Shown piece after piece: positions 61,242 to 64,000 of a stretch of 64,000 nucleotides of DNA (positions within the stretch are counted from its first letter, which is position 1; every line of letters begins with the position of its first letter). The stretch covers positions 32,001 to 96,000 of the forward strand of contig CBDBKM010000002.1 of assembly GCA_965206695.1 (NCBI GenBank). The letters run 5' to 3'. A program made the position numbers and the translations under genes. This stretch comes from Chlamydiales bacterium. Lineage in GTDB: Bacteria; Chlamydiota; Chlamydiia; Chlamydiales; JAAZZY01. The notes below the pieces were generated by a model. That model was not told the DNA's origin, did no database searches, and saw only the letters and a program-made list of their open reading frames with translations.

Positions 61242-61667
61242 TTATTTGAATAATAACAAGGCGAAAACAAAAGCAAAAAGAGAAAATGACTCCACAATCC
61301 CTAACGCTGCAAACGCCTTACCTAATATAGCCGGTTGTTTAGCTGCTGCTTGGATACCCGAAGCGGCACATTTACCTTGATAAACAGATGAAACTAAAAA
61401 AGCGATACCGGAAAACAAGCCTATTCCTATTCCTGTTAACGGTGATACATCACCGGCTCTAATAGCATTTGCCAAAAGTATCATTAGTACAAAACCGTAA
61501 ATTGATTGGCTGGAAGGCACTGCAGACATGCCAATAAATTTTCCATGGCCTTCTTCTACTCTTGCCATGACTGCATGAGATGCCATCCCCGCGATTCCAC
61601 ATCCGATCGAACTACCCACACATCCCAATCCTAATGAGATCGCCGGACCTACCATTGCATAATCCAT
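61242..61667 (-). CDS. atpK: V-type ATP synthase subunit K
   Basis: Four-TM proteolipid, SSQSIYG, GIVESFSLFA. Confidence 0.93.
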   Translation of the reverse strand: MDYAMVGPAISLGLGCVGSSIGCGIAGMASHAVMARVEEGHGKFIGMSAVPSSQSIYGFVLMILLANAIRAGDVSPLTGIGIGLFSGIAFLVSSVYQGKCAASGIQAAAKQPAILGKAFAALGIVESFSLFAFVFALLLFK

Positions 61668-61683
61668 AACTATTCGTTCTCCT

Positions 61684-63606
61684 TTATTTTCTTAATTTTA
61701 GCAATGCTAACGGTTTATGAAGTCTACCACCACCATCAAAGCAATAATGGTACCACTCCAAGAAATTTAGACGTAATCCATGTATGACACCACCCATAAT
61801 ACTTAAAGTAATATTCACACTATGACCTATTAAAATAATCACAATACCAATAAAAAATCCGGCCTTTGCTCCCAATACATTAAAAGTCGAAGCCATAATA
61901 GAACCCGCTAAAGCCAAGGCATAAAGGCGTAAATAGGATAATACATCAGCAAAGACTTCGATCACTCGCATGATTTCTCCTAATCCCTTAATACGTTTTT
62001 GAATAACGGCTAAAACACAGGCTACTATAATCCCCACATAAAGTATTTGACCTCCAAAATAGGCACCTCCTTCTCTAGGTACTCCGAAAAACCAATGAAT
62101 GAGTGATGTCGCTTTAAGAACGGAAGGGGAAAAAAGATATCCACCTACCAGAAATAAAATCCATCCAATGCCGGCCCGGTTTTTTTTAAGGTTTCGAATC
62201 AGACCTATGCAAATATGAATAACACCAATGAATAATGACAATTCTAATAAGATACTATCTGCAAACGAATCGAAAATAATAAAGACATGAGAGCCGTCTT
62301 TTTCAATCACACCTGTTGTTAAAAACTCATATGGCACTCGAATATTTGCCAATTGAGGAAATTTTTTTAACCAAACGTTATACACATCATCTTGATTAAG
62401 CATATGATATGCTGTTTTTTGTTCGACTAGCCATGTAAAGGGAGAAAATTCTCGGACATTACCTTTTAAGCTAAAATTTATCCCAAAACAAGAAGCGGTT
62501 AAGAACCCCCATATAATACAAGAAAGGGCTAGAGTAGTTAACAGTTTTACAAACCGTTTCCCATGATCCGCCATATGAGGAAACTTCACTCTTGTAAAAA
62601 GTGCAAGTACTAAGAAGATTGCTCCATACCCTCCATCACCCACAATAATGGCAAAAAATAAAGAGAAAAACCACAACACCCATTTTGAAGGATCTTTATC
62701 AGTAGTAGAAGGGGTATCATAAATATGAACCAAATCTTCTCCTACTCGTCCTAATCCATGGTTGACTAAATGAGTGGGAATTTTATCTGTTCTTTCAATT
62801 GCGATCTCTTCCATAATAATTGAAAAGGAAGCGATCAGTTTTTTTACCTGTGCGATATTGGAATCTGCAATCCAACCTTGAATCGAAAACAAATTATTAT
62901 CAAAAAGAGGCTCAATATACTTTTGATTGACATGAAGATTGTAAACGTTAAGGGTGTAAACAGCAGCTTCCTTCAAAAGAGTCTTAAAAGCCCTCAGCTG
63001 TTTCAACTCAGCCTCCAGATCATGCATTTTATCTATTAACTCATCTCTTCGCTTTATTAAAACTTGATGAGGTTTGTCGATAATCATTTCGACCATCCCC
63101 TCATATTTTTTTGGCTCTGAGTTAATCGTGATAAAATAATCCAGATCATGATCGCTACCGATATGAATCACCTCGGGCCTTTTGGAAGCTTCGATTAATT
63201 GCGCTTTTTTAGAAAAAAAGAATTGAATTTTCCTATGACCTTGTTTTTCGATATGATCAATATCATCAATAAGAAAATCTCCAAAAACAGCGACCCTATG
63301 AATTTCTTGAATGATAACCCTTTTTTCTTCTTTACGAAGCTCTAATTCACTATTAAGGTCTATGATTTTATCTGCTGTGGGAAGAGCCGTATTTAAATTG
63401 CTATATTCAGCTTGTTCAATAGGAGCTAATCCTCGTAGAATTTTCATAGCCTGATTGTACTTTCTAATATTTTCAGGGAGTTCAAGGTTCCTTTGTTCAC
63501 TTTGATCGATAAATTCAATCATTCCGAGTTCTTGAGCCCGTCTGAAGAAAAGTTTCCTTTGTTCTAAGGGCCCTAAAAATAAAAACTTTTTTACATCTAT
63601 ACGCAT
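61684..63606 (-). CDS. atpI: V-type ATP synthase subunit I
   Basis: YDTPSTTDKDPS, GDGGYG, DVLSYLRLYALALA, IHGLRLNFLEW. Start placed at MRIDV (63606). Confidence 0.95.
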   Translation of the reverse strand: MRIDVKKFLFLGPLEQRKLFFRRAQELGMIEFIDQSEQRNLELPENIRKYNQAMKILRGLAPIEQAEYSNLNTALPTADKIIDLNSELELRKEEKRVIIQEIHRVAVFGDFLIDDIDHIEKQGHRKIQFFFSKKAQLIEASKRPEVIHIGSDHDLDYFITINSEPKKYEGMVEMIIDKPHQVLIKRRDELIDKMHDLEAELKQLRAFKTLLKEAAVYTLNVYNLHVNQKYIEPLFDNNLFSIQGWIADSNIAQVKKLIASFSIIMEEIAIERTDKIPTHLVNHGLGRVGEDLVHIYDTPSTTDKDPSKWVLWFFSLFFAIIVGDGGYGAIFLVLALFTRVKFPHMADHGKRFVKLLTTLALSCIIWGFLTASCFGINFSLKGNVREFSPFTWLVEQKTAYHMLNQDDVYNVWLKKFPQLANIRVPYEFLTTGVIEKDGSHVFIIFDSFADSILLELSLFIGVIHICIGLIRNLKKNRAGIGWILFLVGGYLFSPSVLKATSLIHWFFGVPREGGAYFGGQILYVGIIVACVLAVIQKRIKGLGEIMRVIEVFADVLSYLRLYALALAGSIMASTFNVLGAKAGFFIGIVIILIGHSVNITLSIMGGVIHGLRLNFLEWYHYCFDGGGRLHKPLALLKLRK

Positions 63607-64000
63607 GCCATTGCTTCCTTTGATGCTTCTTTCTTCGATTTGGCTACTTTTGCTTGGCAAACAGCGGCTAGTTGTTGATCACCTAAAAACACTTTGATCT
63701 TTTTAATATTTTCCAAAGCTCTTGGAATCATCACTTTTTCAAAAAGGTTCACCCGAATCGATACTTCTCTTAACTCTTTTTGCAGAGCCTGTAATTTTTC
63801 TTCAGCTACTGTTATCTGAGTCTTAAGTTCAACTAATTTTCGCAACCCTTTCATAAGCCCCTCTAACCAGGGAGGTGTCTCAAATAAACTATAATACGGT
63901 TCTTTAAAATCTATCTTTTGATAAATAGGAATCTCAACTCCGGCAATATTTTCATATAGCTTATCTACCTTCTCTATCTTGGCTAAATCATGGGCGGGTA
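63597..64000 (-). CDS. atpD: V-type ATP synthase subunit D (N-terminus outside the window)
   Basis: YENIAGVEIP, LFETPPWL, IRVNLFEKVMIP, IKVFLGD. Confidence 0.93.
   Translation of the reverse strand, partial: PAHDLAKIEKVDKLYENIAGVEIPIYQKIDFKEPYYSLFETPPWLEGLMKGLRKLVELKTQITVAEEKLQALQKELREVSIRVNLFEKVMIPRALENIKKIKVFLGDQQLAAVCQAKVAKSKKEASKEAMACV

Noticed and set aside
1..64000. CRISPR array, tRNA, rRNA, riboswitch, prophage
   Set aside because: No regularly spaced repeat-spacer units, cloverleafs or phage genes recognised by eye; a covariance-model scan would be needed to exclude small RNAs.

Overview
AT-rich chromosomal segment that, from its gene content and order, is most likely from a member of the phylum Chlamydiota (an environmental, non-Chlamydiaceae lineage is my inference). 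The backbone is ordinary chlamydial housekeeping: pheT (partial), LysM protein, yidD, rpsD, trhO, SNF2 helicase, murJ, BPL_N protein, Hc2-like histone, cydAB, folP-dacA-ybbR-like-GT4-htrB, rsmE, pyk, pknD, valS, Na+/alanine symporter, fumC and V-ATPase atpD/I/K. It is interrupted by many mobile elements: an intact IS630, an intact IS1634 plus a 304-bp derivative, IS5 remnants, a small inverted-repeat MITE family, and six pieces of one IS200/IS605 (tnpA/tnpB) family, including stand-alone omega-RNA/right-end cassettes. Most notable: (1) an AAA+ ATPase that matches the motifs of eukaryotic mitochondrial ATAD3 and lies between IS630 sequences; (2) a roughly 10-kb insert between pknD and valS with an orphan 2442-aa TpsA-like repeat protein and an orphan plasmid-type Pgp6 gene flanked by two palindromes; (3) dispersed TnpB omega-RNA cassettes with an inferable TTAT target motif; (4) an apparent excess of CCGG with depletion of CCAG/CTGG. 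No rRNA, tRNA or CRISPR array was recognised. All family calls come from motif recognition, not database searches.
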